From Eledone cirrhosa (Eukaryota): 64,000 nt of DNA. The translations under genes and the position numbers were made by a program. A model generated the notes under the pieces. That model was not told the origin of the DNA. It made no database searches and saw only the letters and a list, made by a program, of their open reading frames with translations. The stretch spans positions 4,526,001 through 4,590,000 of the forward strand of contig OZ024762.1 in NCBI GenBank assembly GCA_964016885.1. The letters run 5' to 3'. This document shows positions 13,067 to 26,345 of the stretch, piece by piece; position 1 is the stretch's first letter, and the number at the start of each line of letters is the position of its first letter.

Positions 13067-13502
13067 CTGGAACAAAATCCTGTTTGTTAAACTGACTTCT
13101 TCTATGACTGACGGGCAAGAATTCATAGTCATCGTCGCCTTCTTCGGGTTTAGTGGGAACATAGGAGGGGAAAGGATCAATGTAGGACGAATCAGCGGAT
13201 TCAGGGGGAGGTCCTGGGACGTAGGCCGGTGGAGCAACGGGCTGGTAGTGAACAGGGGGTCCGCCATTGTAGCTGCTGACTTGCTGGTAAGGATAGGATT
13301 TATGCGAGAGCGTGTCCTGGACTTTATAAAGCATCTCGGCATCTTCCCATGGTTTACTGCTCTGTCTTTGTACGCCACCTGGCGGCGCGTAACTGACACC
13401 GTAGCTCGGACCACCGCCGCCATATTTCATTCCACCCTTCGGTACGTGTGGATGCGCCATTTTAGTCGGTCCTTCTAGATCCAATGGAATTGTACGATAT
13501 GT
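13067..13502 (-). CDS. Zasp: Zasp/PDLIM-family gene, 436-nt Pro/Tyr-rich exon
   Basis: Perfect CAG|gtaagt donor at 13067. The acceptor ctaatttgacattgaag| at 13502 is phase 0, as the upstream exons require. Encodes TYRTIPLDLEGPTKMAHPHVPKGGMKYGGGGPSYGVSY...DFVP, and YRTIPL resembles the YRTxPL motif of Zasp66-like proteins. The 5' boundary is less certain (alternative AGs give starts at 13474 or 13471). Confidence 0.85.
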
Positions 13503-13904
13503 CTTCAATGTCAAATTAGTTTTTAGTGAAAAGTTTCATCGTTTTTGTTTCATTTTTTCGTCGACATTTTTTTTTTTTTTGTTGTTGTTGGTGTTTTTTT
13601 GTTTTTTTTCAAGTTTTCATTGGAATTAAATGAATTATCAGAGTTTCATTCAGTTCAGTTGTGGGGTTTTTTTGTGTGATTTTCGTGTGATTTCATTGGT
13701 GGTTCAATGTGGTGATTTTTTATTTGTTTTAATTATTTTATTTTTATGGAAAATAAAATGAAAAGAAAGAAGAAAAATTAAATGAATTTTCAATAAAATA
13801 TATCAAAGTGTTTAATTCTGTAAAAGATAACAAAAAGATTAGGAGAGACGGACAGCTGTTTTCTGTGACATTTTATAGTATGTGTATTCTAAGTGTATGT
13901 ATAA

Positions 13905-13945
<41 letters not shown>

Positions 13946-14072
13946 CTTACAAAGATTTATAAAGGGATATATCCACTTTATTTTTACTTGACAAGATTAT
14001 ATATCTCCATAGAAATGAATGAATAAATTAAAAATGGAATTTAAATACCAACTTTGGTTTTCATTTTGTATC

Positions 14073-14125
<53 letters not shown>

Positions 14126-14275
14126 CAAGTAATATTGTTACAATTATAATTAATATTATTTACAATATAGAGTTAATATACTTACGTAAGAGATATAAAC
14201 GTATATTTAACTATATAACCTAATATCATTATGTATTTATATAATTACTTTATACATATATATACATACATACAT

Positions 14276-14320
<45 letters not shown>

Positions 14321-14510
14321 GACTTATGCACATTTCTATATGAAAGTATATGTGAATGTGTGTATATATTGGTGGATGTACGAATAACTGATAAGTGTTA
14401 CGTGTGTATATGTTTGCAGGTGAAGGTGCATTCTGGTGGTCTATATATGGCGCTTGTCTGGTAACTGAGGACAATTGTTGCACATTATTAAACATAAAAA
14501 TCATGGTCTT

Positions 14511-14575
<65 letters not shown>

Positions 14576-14740
14576 TTCATATAAAAAATGACGTCTACAT
14601 GATTAGAACTGTTTCATTCGCCTGAAACCAGCAGTGGTCACTTCTCGATCCCATCGGAAATTTACACTTAATTATATATATGTATATATATATAGCGTCC
14701 AAGCATGGCCTCAGCTGGAACAGGTAAAAGAGTAAAAGAG

Positions 14741-14805
<65 letters not shown>

Positions 14806-16159
14806 ATCAGTTCACAACAATAACATTACGAAATACTCGATTTTCAATGGGTTTAACACTAACTCATTAAGTCTGCCATATATATATGTGTGTGTGTGTG
14901 TGTATTTTACAAACATATGTCCTCAGTGTAAACATGCAGCATTATATACCCACATAAATCATCATATAAACACAGTGTTCACTCTAAAAACAATCACTAA
15001 ATACTCTAACTAAACTACAAGCATTTTATAAATATTTCCACAAACAAATGAACAACATTTGTGTACCTATAAGATGTTCCTGTGTTTTTCAAGAACATCT
15101 TTTAATGTTTTGTTTTATTAGGAAGATTATTATTATTGTTTTAAGATGAAAGAAGATAGAATTTCTAACGTTCAGACATTGTCTTAAATGATAAACATCT
15201 TCAACCGCAATTTGAAACCATTTTGCTCCTTCTATTGTTCAGAAGATTTTTACTTCTTATCCTCCCCTGCTCACCATATTCATGTGTTTTTTGTCATTAC
15301 ATCGTTGTGTGTTCTTTGCTTTAAATCAAACTCAAATGTCCCTTACAGTCTTATGAAGATTAAAACGGGAAATATGACCAACGTAGGTTACTTATTTAAG
15401 TTATTCTACTCCCTGAAAATCAATTTGGACTGGATGTGCTATAAGGCCACTTATTTCTGCGTCTTTTTTTACTAATACCAAGAATAGTTTTATAAAGACG
15501 GTATTTCTAACTCAACAGACAAATCTCCCCCCGATCGTACTTTACTGTCTTAAATAAAGAAAGAATACTTTTGGTAATTTTGTCCTACACATCCCAGAAT
15601 AGACGTTGGGGCTGCAGTTTAAAGGTCAATGATTATATGCTTAATTGATCAGGGCTCACGTGAAGTTAAACAACAATTATTTTATCCTTTAATATACGCT
15701 GGATTTCAACTTACAATGTCGACGGGGTGGTAGGAATCGATCAACAAGTTCCTAGCCCTCATTCAGCTACGAATGGAGTGGACTCGTCTAATTGTACCAA
15801 GGAAACAATGTTTCCATAGTTCTTTCTATTGATACTATCTACCAGTAACAACTCCTGGCAGAAAGAGCAACGTAAAATAAAGTGTCTTGCTCAAGGACAT
15901 AACGCATCGCCAGGTCCAGAATTTGAAGTTGCAAACTCACGGTTGCGAATCCAATTCTGTTACCCCTAAGCCACGCAGTTTCTATATGATAATGGCTTCT
16001 GGTGATAATGGAAAGTGTTTAGTATCGGCTGCTTCAGTAATATTACGATATTGCAACACTTTATGACATTGTAATGGTATCATATAATGTAAGACGAAAC
16101 AGTTTGTGATCCTTACAACACAACGAAATATATGACAAACACAATATAATGTGTGATAT

Positions 16160-16191
<32 letters not shown>

Positions 16192-16266
16192 TGTGTGTGT
16201 ATGTATACATATAAATGCATATATATGTATATTGAGATACACATACACACATACACACATACATAC

Positions 16267-16319
<53 letters not shown>

Positions 16320-16798
16320 AGCAAATATAGGCATGTATAGGAAGTCATATAATACGTGGCAACTTTTAAATGGAATACAGAAGAAACGATAAAACATTAT
16401 GAAATAATGTATTCAATGAACGAGACAGGAATTGATGTTAAATGGTGCGAGTCAGACGATATTGCAGTGGCGGGAAAAGCCATGAGAAGCCGGAAAATAG
16501 CGGGGAAAAGCCTTGAGAAGCCGGAAAAGAGCGGGGAAAAGCCTTGAGAAGCCGGAAAAGAGCGGGAAAAGACAAGAAAAGGCGCAAAAGACAGAAAAAA
16601 ACAAAGAGAACTGAGCTGAATTATTTCCTTATTATTAATTAATTAACTTTTGTAATGAAACCTGGCGGCCAAGCTGTAGCAGTTTGCTTTTGTTGAATGA
16701 CTTGATCCCTGGGATATAACATATACATATTTCATAGACTACCCTTCCTCCAGAGAGTTAAATGTAAAAGTAAACGCTGATGTTTTCTCCCCCTCCTG

Positions 16799-16867
<69 letters not shown>

Positions 16868-18585
16868 ATAGCAAGGAGCCTCATTCAACAAATTTGTATA
16901 AACGGTTAAAATGAAGAATTAAATAACTTGTAATAGAGACGTAGCTATACTCGTAGACATTCTATAATTTCTGTCATTCTGCAACATAACGTTACTCAAT
17001 AGAGTTCGTAGCTCAGAGATCAGTGAGTCACTCGGAGTAGAGTCGCTACCTCTCCGTATTGAGGGATCACAGTTCCTATATTACTGACCTGTGGTTAGAA
17101 TATCTCAGGAAAGAATCACTGGACAGATTTTACGGGCAAAATCAACCAGGAGGAGACACAGGGGTAGATGTTGACCATGATGGTTGGTTAACATTTATTG
17201 GGTCGGCTAGTCACGCTTGGGGATCCAGTCGGTACAATTGGAAACAGTTATTACAACAGATGTGTATTTCATTAAACAGTGCTTTACTGGTGTTTTATTT
17301 TATCAACGCCGTAAAGATGAAAGGCAAAGCTAGCCTCGGCGGGATTTAACCACAGAACGATTCTGGCAATCCACTGTCCTTAATAAAACACCAGCTTCAT
17401 AATGAAAAAGATGGTTATATCACGAAATACCTCTAATTTCTTGATTATTTTTCAAAATTATTTGAAAATCATTTGAGATAATGTCTTTCATTAAAAATAT
17501 GGAATAGTTAAAGTGTTTGTACTTATGTAAAAACCTTATACCCTAATTTTATGTAATAACCTTTGTTAAGTTATGCTCCAAACACCAGACTAAACTCTAA
17601 TGATCAAATTACTTATGAAAAGTTAATTACAGCTGAAAAGTTCATAGGCTGACTAAGAAGGAGTGATGCTTGGGCTGTGAAATCTTGTAAGCATTAATTT
17701 CAACTCTTCTTATTAATAACTGCATTGTTTCTTTCCTGGGGCAATGCTGTAAAATAAACCTTATCTGGTCATTTCATAAGAGTATCTTGGTCAGCCTATG
17801 AAAGAGTGATGCTAGAGCTGTGAAATCTTACATGTATCAATTTCATTTCTTCTTATTAATAACTGCATTGTTTCTTTCCGGTTACTATGTTGAAAAATAA
17901 ACCTCATTTGTTCATTCTACGAAAGTATCAGCCGACCCTCATATTACTAAACTCCTCTTAGTTGTGGATTATTTTCAAAATGATTTTAAAATCCTCGGCA
18001 GTGACTTTGAATAGAAATATGGCAACGAAAGGGTTAAGAAGATATGTTGAAGTGAGAAGAACAGCTTAATGAAATGTGGTGAACATGAAGCAGTTTACAC
18101 AATAGTGACAACACCAAACACCAGATGTGACACGATTCAATTCCGAATTAAAATCTTTACAATAGAGAGTCATGATAAATACACACAACCAGATGTTATA
18201 CAGATGAAGACAACACAGTCTTTATTTAACATGGTGCAGAAACAAACGTTTGACATGATGCAATAATGCAATGGTGCAATATGATGCAATGAAGTATTGC
18301 AACACTCTGTGAGATTATTGTGCAGTGGATGCAAATGGCGCTTGTCTTTTTTTTCTTTTTTTCATGGTGCAAAACGATACACATAGAAAGAGTGTGGTGG
18401 TGGTGGTGATGGTGGTGGTGGTGGTGGTGATGGTGGTGGTGGTGGCGGGGGACTGATGAATACAGTGAATGATGTGTATATAATATACAGAAGTGTGAAA
18501 ATGTGTAGAATATGATAGCGTCGCTTAAGACTTAGGTTTTCAGTTGTGTGATATACGTAGTTATGACAATGAAACACAAGACAAT

Positions 18586-19025
18586 ACTGTGTGATATTAT
18601 GGTGTGATAAATACAGTGTGATATTATGGTGTGATAAATACAGTGTGTTATTATGGTGTGATAAATACAGTGTGTTATTATGGTGTGATAAATACTGTGA
18701 TATTATGGTGTAATATTATGGTGTGATAAATACAGTGTGATATTATGGTGTGATATTATGGTGTGATAAATACAGTGTGATATTATGGTGTGATAAATAC
18801 AGTGTGTTATTATGGTGTGATAAATACAGTGTGTTACTATGGTGTGATAAATACTGTGATATTATGGTGTGATATTATAGTGTGATATTATAGTGTGATA
18901 TTATGGTGTGATAAATACAGTGTGATATTATGGTGTGATAAATACTGTGATATTATGGTGTGATATTATAGTGTGATATTATGGTGTGATATTATGGTGT
19001 GATATTATGGTGTGATAAATACAGT
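18586..19025. repeat. 13-15-bp composite minisatellite
   Basis: Alternating gtgtgatattatg / gtgtgataaataca units. Confidence 0.9.
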
Positions 19026-19154
19026 ATCAAAAGGTGCAAATAACTGTGGGTGATAATGTAAAAGATAAGTGAGAAGGGGTGAATATAGATTCAATGTCTT
19101 ATTTAAACAGTATGGCTGCGTGTATATGTATATATATATATGCATTTATGTATG

Positions 19155-19192
<38 letters not shown>

Positions 19193-19584
19193 AATGTATG
19201 TGTGTGTATACCCCATATGAGGGCAATTCATTTCCCCAAACCTTCACGTTATTTTCAAAACCCACGTTTGTTTAAAAATATGTAGGTTATGTGAATGTTT
19301 TTATTTGGCCGAAAAGGGTTTGAAAAACTGTGAAAAATAGCGATTAGGGAGTAGAGTTGCCTCCCTTACATTCTATAATACCGTTCCACGCGATGATTGT
19401 TTCTGATGATGACGGTGATATGGACCTACTATCATATAACTACTATCAGTTAGTCATTGTATCGATTAATCATGATTCAACCATTTTCTGAAACGATCGT
19501 AAAACATTGAACTTATTAAGTACCGATCTTTCGCCTTATGTTTTCATTGTTCAACATACATACGTTTGTATGTGTATATATATA

Positions 19585-19654
<70 letters not shown>

Positions 19655-19866
19655 TATATTATATATATATATATTATATTATATATATATATATTATATT
19701 ATATATATATATATTATATTATATATACATTATATATTATATTATATATATATATATTATATTATATATATATATATTATATTATATATATATATATTAT
19801 AATATATATATATATATATTATATTATATATATATATATTATAATATATATATATATATATTATAT

Positions 19867-19897
<31 letters not shown>

Positions 19898-19983
19898 ATA
19901 TTATATATATATATATATATATTATATTATATATATATATATATATATATTATATTATATATATATATATATATATTATATAT

Positions 19984-20034
<51 letters not shown>

Positions 20035-20114
20035 TATAATATATATATATATATATTATATATATTATAATATATATATATTATATATATTATAATATAT
20101 ATATATATATATAT

Positions 20115-20175
<61 letters not shown>

Positions 20176-20466
20176 TATATATATATATATATAGGAAAAA
20201 ATGAAACGAAATTTCATTTCTCACTCTTAGTACGGCTGTTACTTAAATATAAGTATGTATACGTACATACATATATGTATACAGACGTACAGTAGTATGT
20301 ATATATATATATATATATATATACATACATACATGCACACATATATATATATGTACGTATGGATTCACCGAACATTTATTATAATGGCCGGTGTGTTTGT
20401 AAACAAACAGCCCGAATTAAGCCGTACAATGTCTAGCAACCATCGTTGCTCATTTGTTCATATATG

Positions 20467-20618
<152 letters not shown>

Positions 20619-21067
20619 TATACATACAAACATATAACCGAACGCGTATGTTAAAAACGCTATTATATAAGACCGCGTAAGACGGGGGTAAATTGTTCTA
20701 TACTGCGCTGGTTACGACCAAATTAGCTGATTCTCATTTCAGTATTCTATAGCCTCAAAGGAATCTCTATGTTGCGGTATAATTACTCAACTGCTGAAGT
20801 AATAGTCAGCCCACCATAATTCTATACGCCACCTATTTTCGTTCCACCCCTGCCAAACACATTTTTAGAAATTCATGCAACAACGTATAGTCTATATAGA
20901 GTTATCTCCCCTAGACGCACCCTGATTCCTTTCACTAACACCAATAGGAGCTGGTAAGGGACCTCCTCAAAGTGGTTCTTCGACGTTCTAGAAATAGCAG
21001 CTAAATTAACCTTAAATAACACACACCCTCGTTAGATACTATGGTCTTCGGACATCATTTCAAACAT

Positions 21068-21430
21068 TTAGTCTAACTACAACTTTACATGTATTACCAA
21101 TGTATTACGTTAGTCTAACTATAACTTTACATTACCAATGTATTACGTTAGTCTAACTATAACTTTACATGTATTACCAATGTATTACGTTAGTCTAACT
21201 ATAACTTTACATTACCAATGTATTACGTTAGTCTAACTATAACTTTACATGTATTACCAATGTATTACGTTAGCCTAACTCTATAAACTTGAGTTACCAA
21301 TGTATTACGTTAGTCTAACTCTATAAACTTGAGTTACCAATGTATTACGTTAGTCTAACTATAACTTTACATGTATTACCAATGTATTACGTTAGTCTAA
21401 CTCTATAAACTTGAGTTACCAATGTATTAC
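21068..21430. repeat. 38-42-bp minisatellite, ~9 copies
   Basis: Unit gttagtctaactataactttacat(gtat)taccaatgtattac and variants. Confidence 0.92.
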
Positions 21431-21919
21431 TTCTGGAATAAAGTTTAATGTCACTGTGGTTTGGTTTTCTAGTTTATTCATATTAAGCGAGTAAACTACT
21501 GTAGTTATCTAAAAAAACGTCTAAAGTATGTCTCGACTACGGAGACTCATCAGGTTGATGCTTATCTCGCTATTGTTGGTACTCAATTTTAGTTGAGTAT
21601 ACAGGAGCAACGTGGAATGAAGTGTTTTGCTCAAGAACACAACACACAACTCAGTCTAGGAATTGAACCCACAACGTTAGTTTTGCGGTTGAAGTATGCT
21701 GGGGTGTATGTTGCGGACAAGAGATACTGAGGGATATGTTTGGGTGTATTTAGGGGACAAGAGATGTTTTGTAGACAGAATATGACTGTTGAGGAACTCT
21801 CCTTGAAGAGCTCCCCACCATTAAGCTGTTTAATCTTATGATTAAATACATTTATAATATTTTAATGTCAACAAACCTAGATTCTCTACGTTTTCTACAG
21901 TACGTTCTCTGTGTGGTAA

Positions 21920-22215
21920 CTCCGTCAGTTACGACGACCAGCATTGCAATTGATTCGATCAACTGGACAGCCTGCTTGTGAAATTAACGTGCAAGGGTTG
22001 AGCATTTCTCAGACACGCATACCCTTAACGTAGTTCTCAGGGAGATTCAGCATGATACACAATGTTACAAAGCTGGCTTTTTGAATTGCAGATAGAACTT
22101 AATTTTGGCAGCTGAGTGGACTGGAGCCAAGGACACAACGCACCTCCAAGAACCGAACTCACAACCTTAAAATATCGTGAGCCGAATACCATAACTATTA
22201 GGCTACGACCCTCAT
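21920..22215 (-). mobile_element. tRNA-derived SINE family 2 (CORE-type)
   Basis: Minus-strand tRNA-like head followed by TTGTGTCCTTG and CTCCAGTCCACTCAGCTG; body gtgaaattaacgtgcaag...cccttaacgtagttctc. Related copies at 22315-22755, 27620-28120, 33125-33530 and 51590-51720. Confidence 0.75.
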
Positions 22216-23593
22216 GTGTTTTGTATATATTACGTAGGGACATACATAATATTTGATATTATTTATTCTTTGTTATGAATTCGTATCCTATTTATTTATG
22301 AATGGAAAGGATCTCCATCGGTTTCGATGAAGAGTGTTGCAGTTATGCAATAAACGAAGCAGGCTGTTGATGAAATTAACGTATAAGTGGTTCCACAGAC
22401 ACGTGTATCCTTAACGTAATTGTTAAGGTTATTCTATGTGACGCAATGTGTGACAAAGCTGACCCTTTGAACTACAGGTACAGTCAATCCTATAGTGTAA
22501 GAGGATGAGTATTCTATAGACACGTGAACCCATAACATAATTTTAAGGGGAAATACAGCTAGAGACAAAGGCTGGCCCTTTGAATTACAAATACAGTCTA
22601 CTCGACGGGCTTCCAAACAGTTTCTGTCTACCCAATTTCATTCACAAGACATGGATCGACCCGAGACTGTGGTAAATGACACCCAAGATACCACGCATCG
22701 GTATCGAACCCGAGACCTAATGATTCTGAAGCAAACTCCTTAACTATTCAGTCATGCTACGTCTACTTAATACAGAGGTTCCCTTTCGACCACCATCCCC
22801 TCACGGTCACGTAATACCCTCAGCGTCCCCTAGCCCTATTTCCAGAGGGACCTGCCTACACGCAAATTGTAAATAATATCTAATAAATAAAATCGTTAAT
22901 TTATATATAATAAATAATATAATATATACTACGTATAAATAAATATTATATATATTTTTATTTTACTATATTTATATATAATATGCATCATTTGATATTT
23001 AATATACTATTATATCATCTCTACCTCCCGTTAGGCCCCAGTGGCTCTCTGAACCTTCTCAACGCACTCATGGGGGCAGTAACGCCCACTTTGAGAAGCT
23101 CTGACTTAATATATCAACTAGCTACATGTTGTTATATTTTCTACAACGTGTAATATATATATTAGGTAGAAAACTCCATAATATATATATACTCTGTTAT
23201 GAATTCATATCAGTTTCATTTAGGAATAAGTCAAACCCATTTAACATTTATTCATAAATTGTATAACTCTTTAGATTTATATATTGAACTATATATAACA
23301 GAAAAAATAACGTTAGAGAAATTCTTTCAAATTTATGTATTAAACTATGTATAACAGAAAAAATAAATTTGAAGAAATTCTTTTAAATTTTCAGACATAA
23401 AAGAAATTTATAATTTTTTTTTTTTTTTTTTTCGTGAAAAAAAAAATGTTTACTATTTTGAAAAAGTTTTTTCACGGTTTAGGAAAGGCAAAACTTTAAT
23501 TTTCTATATATATTTTTTTCTGTTATATATTTTACTCATATACGTATGTACGTATATAAATATTCACACTCATAGCTACAATATATATATATA

Positions 23594-23624
<31 letters not shown>

Positions 23625-23914
23625 GGTAAAGCTCTATACTGGCATAGGAAGAGAGAACAAAACCAACACACACAAAAAGGTAAATACATATATAAAGAAA
23701 ACCACGTGTTAAACACCAAAGCAGCCAGAGACACACACGGTACGCAACTTAGGATTTTAAAAATCGAATACATTTAAGTAAAAATAAACCAATTAAAACA
23801 TGTTTAATTAAAAAAAATAATAATAAAAAGGATATAGAAGCATTAAACTAAGGAAAAAGCATGGTATTAATAATATTGATACTAACATTGTTATCAGGTA
23901 TTAATTATTGAATA

Positions 23915-24406
23915 TTAATAACCACAAACACAGCGAAAGCAATAGCCAGTGCGCATGTCTCTATTCTGTGCAACAACATTTCCGAACATTATATAAATGT
24001 TTTTCATTCTTTTTTTACTATAACTTCTTTTTTTTATGAATTCTACCTGATCAAGATCATCTCCCTCGTCTTCTTCGTTGTATATGGGGCCAGGTACATA
24101 ATCCTCTTTTATTTCAACCTTGCTATAATCAACACCAAAACTGAAGCTACCGCCTCCCAGACTTTTTGCCTTCGGTTTACTATCTTTTGCCGATTTACTC
24201 GAATCTACTTTCGTCTTACGAACAGGAGCGGACGTTGATTTCAGTGTGGGAGACATGGTAGGAACGGCAGCTTTTCTCGGCTGGTTTCCTGGTGGTTTGA
24301 CTTTCGTTACGGTAGTTTTTGAGGTGGTTTTTTTTCTGGTTGTTGTAGTGGTGCTCCTTTGCTGGCGTTGATAGGGCTGTTGAGGCTGTACTTGATGATA
24401 GTGTTG
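23915..24406 (-). CDS. Zasp: Zasp/PDLIM-family gene, alternative exon (360-nt cassette to 24047, or terminal exon with stop at 23915)
   Basis: ttttcgtctctacag acceptor, phase 0. Open frame [26 protein letters not shown]...[16 protein letters not shown]...[11 protein letters not shown] weak CAG|gtagaa donor at 24047 gives a symmetric exon; otherwise the frame reads on to ...CFRCVCGY-stop followed by AT-rich UTR-like DNA. Confidence 0.78.
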   Translation of the reverse strand, partial: QHYHQVQPQQPYQRQQRSTTTTTRKKTTSKTTVTKVKPPGNQPRKAAVPTMSPTLKSTSAPVRKTKVDSSKSAKDSKPKAKSLGGGSFSFGVDYSKVEIKEDYVPGPIYNEEDEGDDLDQVEFIKKRSYSKKRMKNIYIMFGNVVAQNRDMRTGYCFRCVCGY

Positions 24407-24614
24407 CTGTAGAGACGAAAAACCGAAACCAATACACCTGTATACGAGGGTTCAACATATATAGATTTCATGCATTGACTTTTGATGGAGGGACTTCCAG
24501 TTTCTTACTCAAATTTTACCGGGCCATGTCTATGAAATCCTATATATATATATATATATATACGTATACATATATATATATATATATTCGTATATACATA
24601 TATATATACACACA

Positions 24615-24688
<74 letters not shown>

Positions 24689-24689
24689 C

Positions 24690-24736
<47 letters not shown>

Positions 24737-24751
24737 CATATATATATATAC

Positions 24752-24962
<211 letters not shown>

Positions 24963-25300
24963 CATATATACACATATATATATACATATATATGTATACA
25001 CACATAAATAAATATATACATATGTATGTATATATATATATATAAATACATGGAACTATTTGTGCATTCAAGAAACTAGTAGTTTCATAGATATTACTGA
25101 AAGTGCTAGTGTTTTGAATGTCCAACTTATCTCGCGCATTAACACAGATAAAGTACCCTCATGTTAACATATGGTGTTGTGGGGGGGGGGGGCATTCCTT
25201 CGTAATAAGAAATCACACTCATGTAACTCTCTCTCTCTCTCATATATATATGTACACACACTTACACACAATGCAATATATATATGTCCACACATACACA

Positions 25301-25394
<94 letters not shown>

Positions 25395-26043
25395 GTCTTA
25401 GATATTTAGTAAGGGAATGTATCCAATAGATATTAATAAAAAGACAAGAGAAAACATTGTTTTTAAAACATTGAAATAAACAATTTGAACAACACCACCA
25501 TCACCTCACCCATTACACCAACACCACCATCACCTCACCCATTACACCAATACTACCATCAGAACTAGAACTACCAACTTCAGTAGAGCAACAATTACTA
25601 TTGCTGTATCAAGATTTAAAAAATAGTTTCTGATTTAGACACAAGGTCAACCATTTTTTTTTTTGGGGGGGGGGGGGGGCGTTTAAATCGATTCCAATGC
25701 GTTACTGGTACTAATTTTATCGATCTCCGTAAGAATGAAAAGCAAAGTTAAACTCGGTGGGATTTTAACTCAGAACGTAAAGTATGTCCGATGCTCTGCC
25801 GAATCTGTCAATCCACTGCATGAAATCAAAATAATTGTTTCTACGTTAGGCACAAGGCCAGCAATTACCCAGTGCATTACTGGTACTTTATTTTATCGAC
25901 CCCGTAAGGATGAAAGGCAAAGTCAACCTCCAAAATAATACTTTGCTTTTGTTTAGGTTTTTAGTAGGAGTTTAGTTTGTTTTATTCGTTTTGTTGTTTT
26001 CTTTGTTTTTTAAAGAAAAGGAGCCATCAATAAAATACTGATA

Positions 26044-26345
26044 CTCCGTCGGTTACGACGGTGTGTTTTCCAGTTGATTTGATTAACAGAAAAGCTTGCT
26101 CGTGAAATTAACCTGCAAGTGACTCAGCATTCCACAGACATTTAACGTAGTTCTCAGGGCGATTGGGCACGACACAGAATGTGACAAGGCTCGTCCTTTC
26201 AATTACTTATTTTTTGCCAGCTGGACTGGAGCAATGTGAAATAAAGTGTCTTGCTCAAGGACACAATATATTGTCTTGACTCTTCGGTAACTCATGACAG
26301 TATGATCATGTGCCGAATACACTAACCATTAAGCCATGCGCCTTC
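26044..26345 (-). mobile_element. SINE family 2
   Basis: ccgtcggttacgacg...gtgaaataaagtgtcttgctcaaggacacaa...taaccattaagccatgcgcctt. Confidence 0.8.

Noticed and set aside
24216-24458. Overlapping ORF suggesting a frameshift in the 24-kb exon
   Set aside because: The 23915-24256 frame is open up to the acceptor at 24406, so no frameshift is needed.
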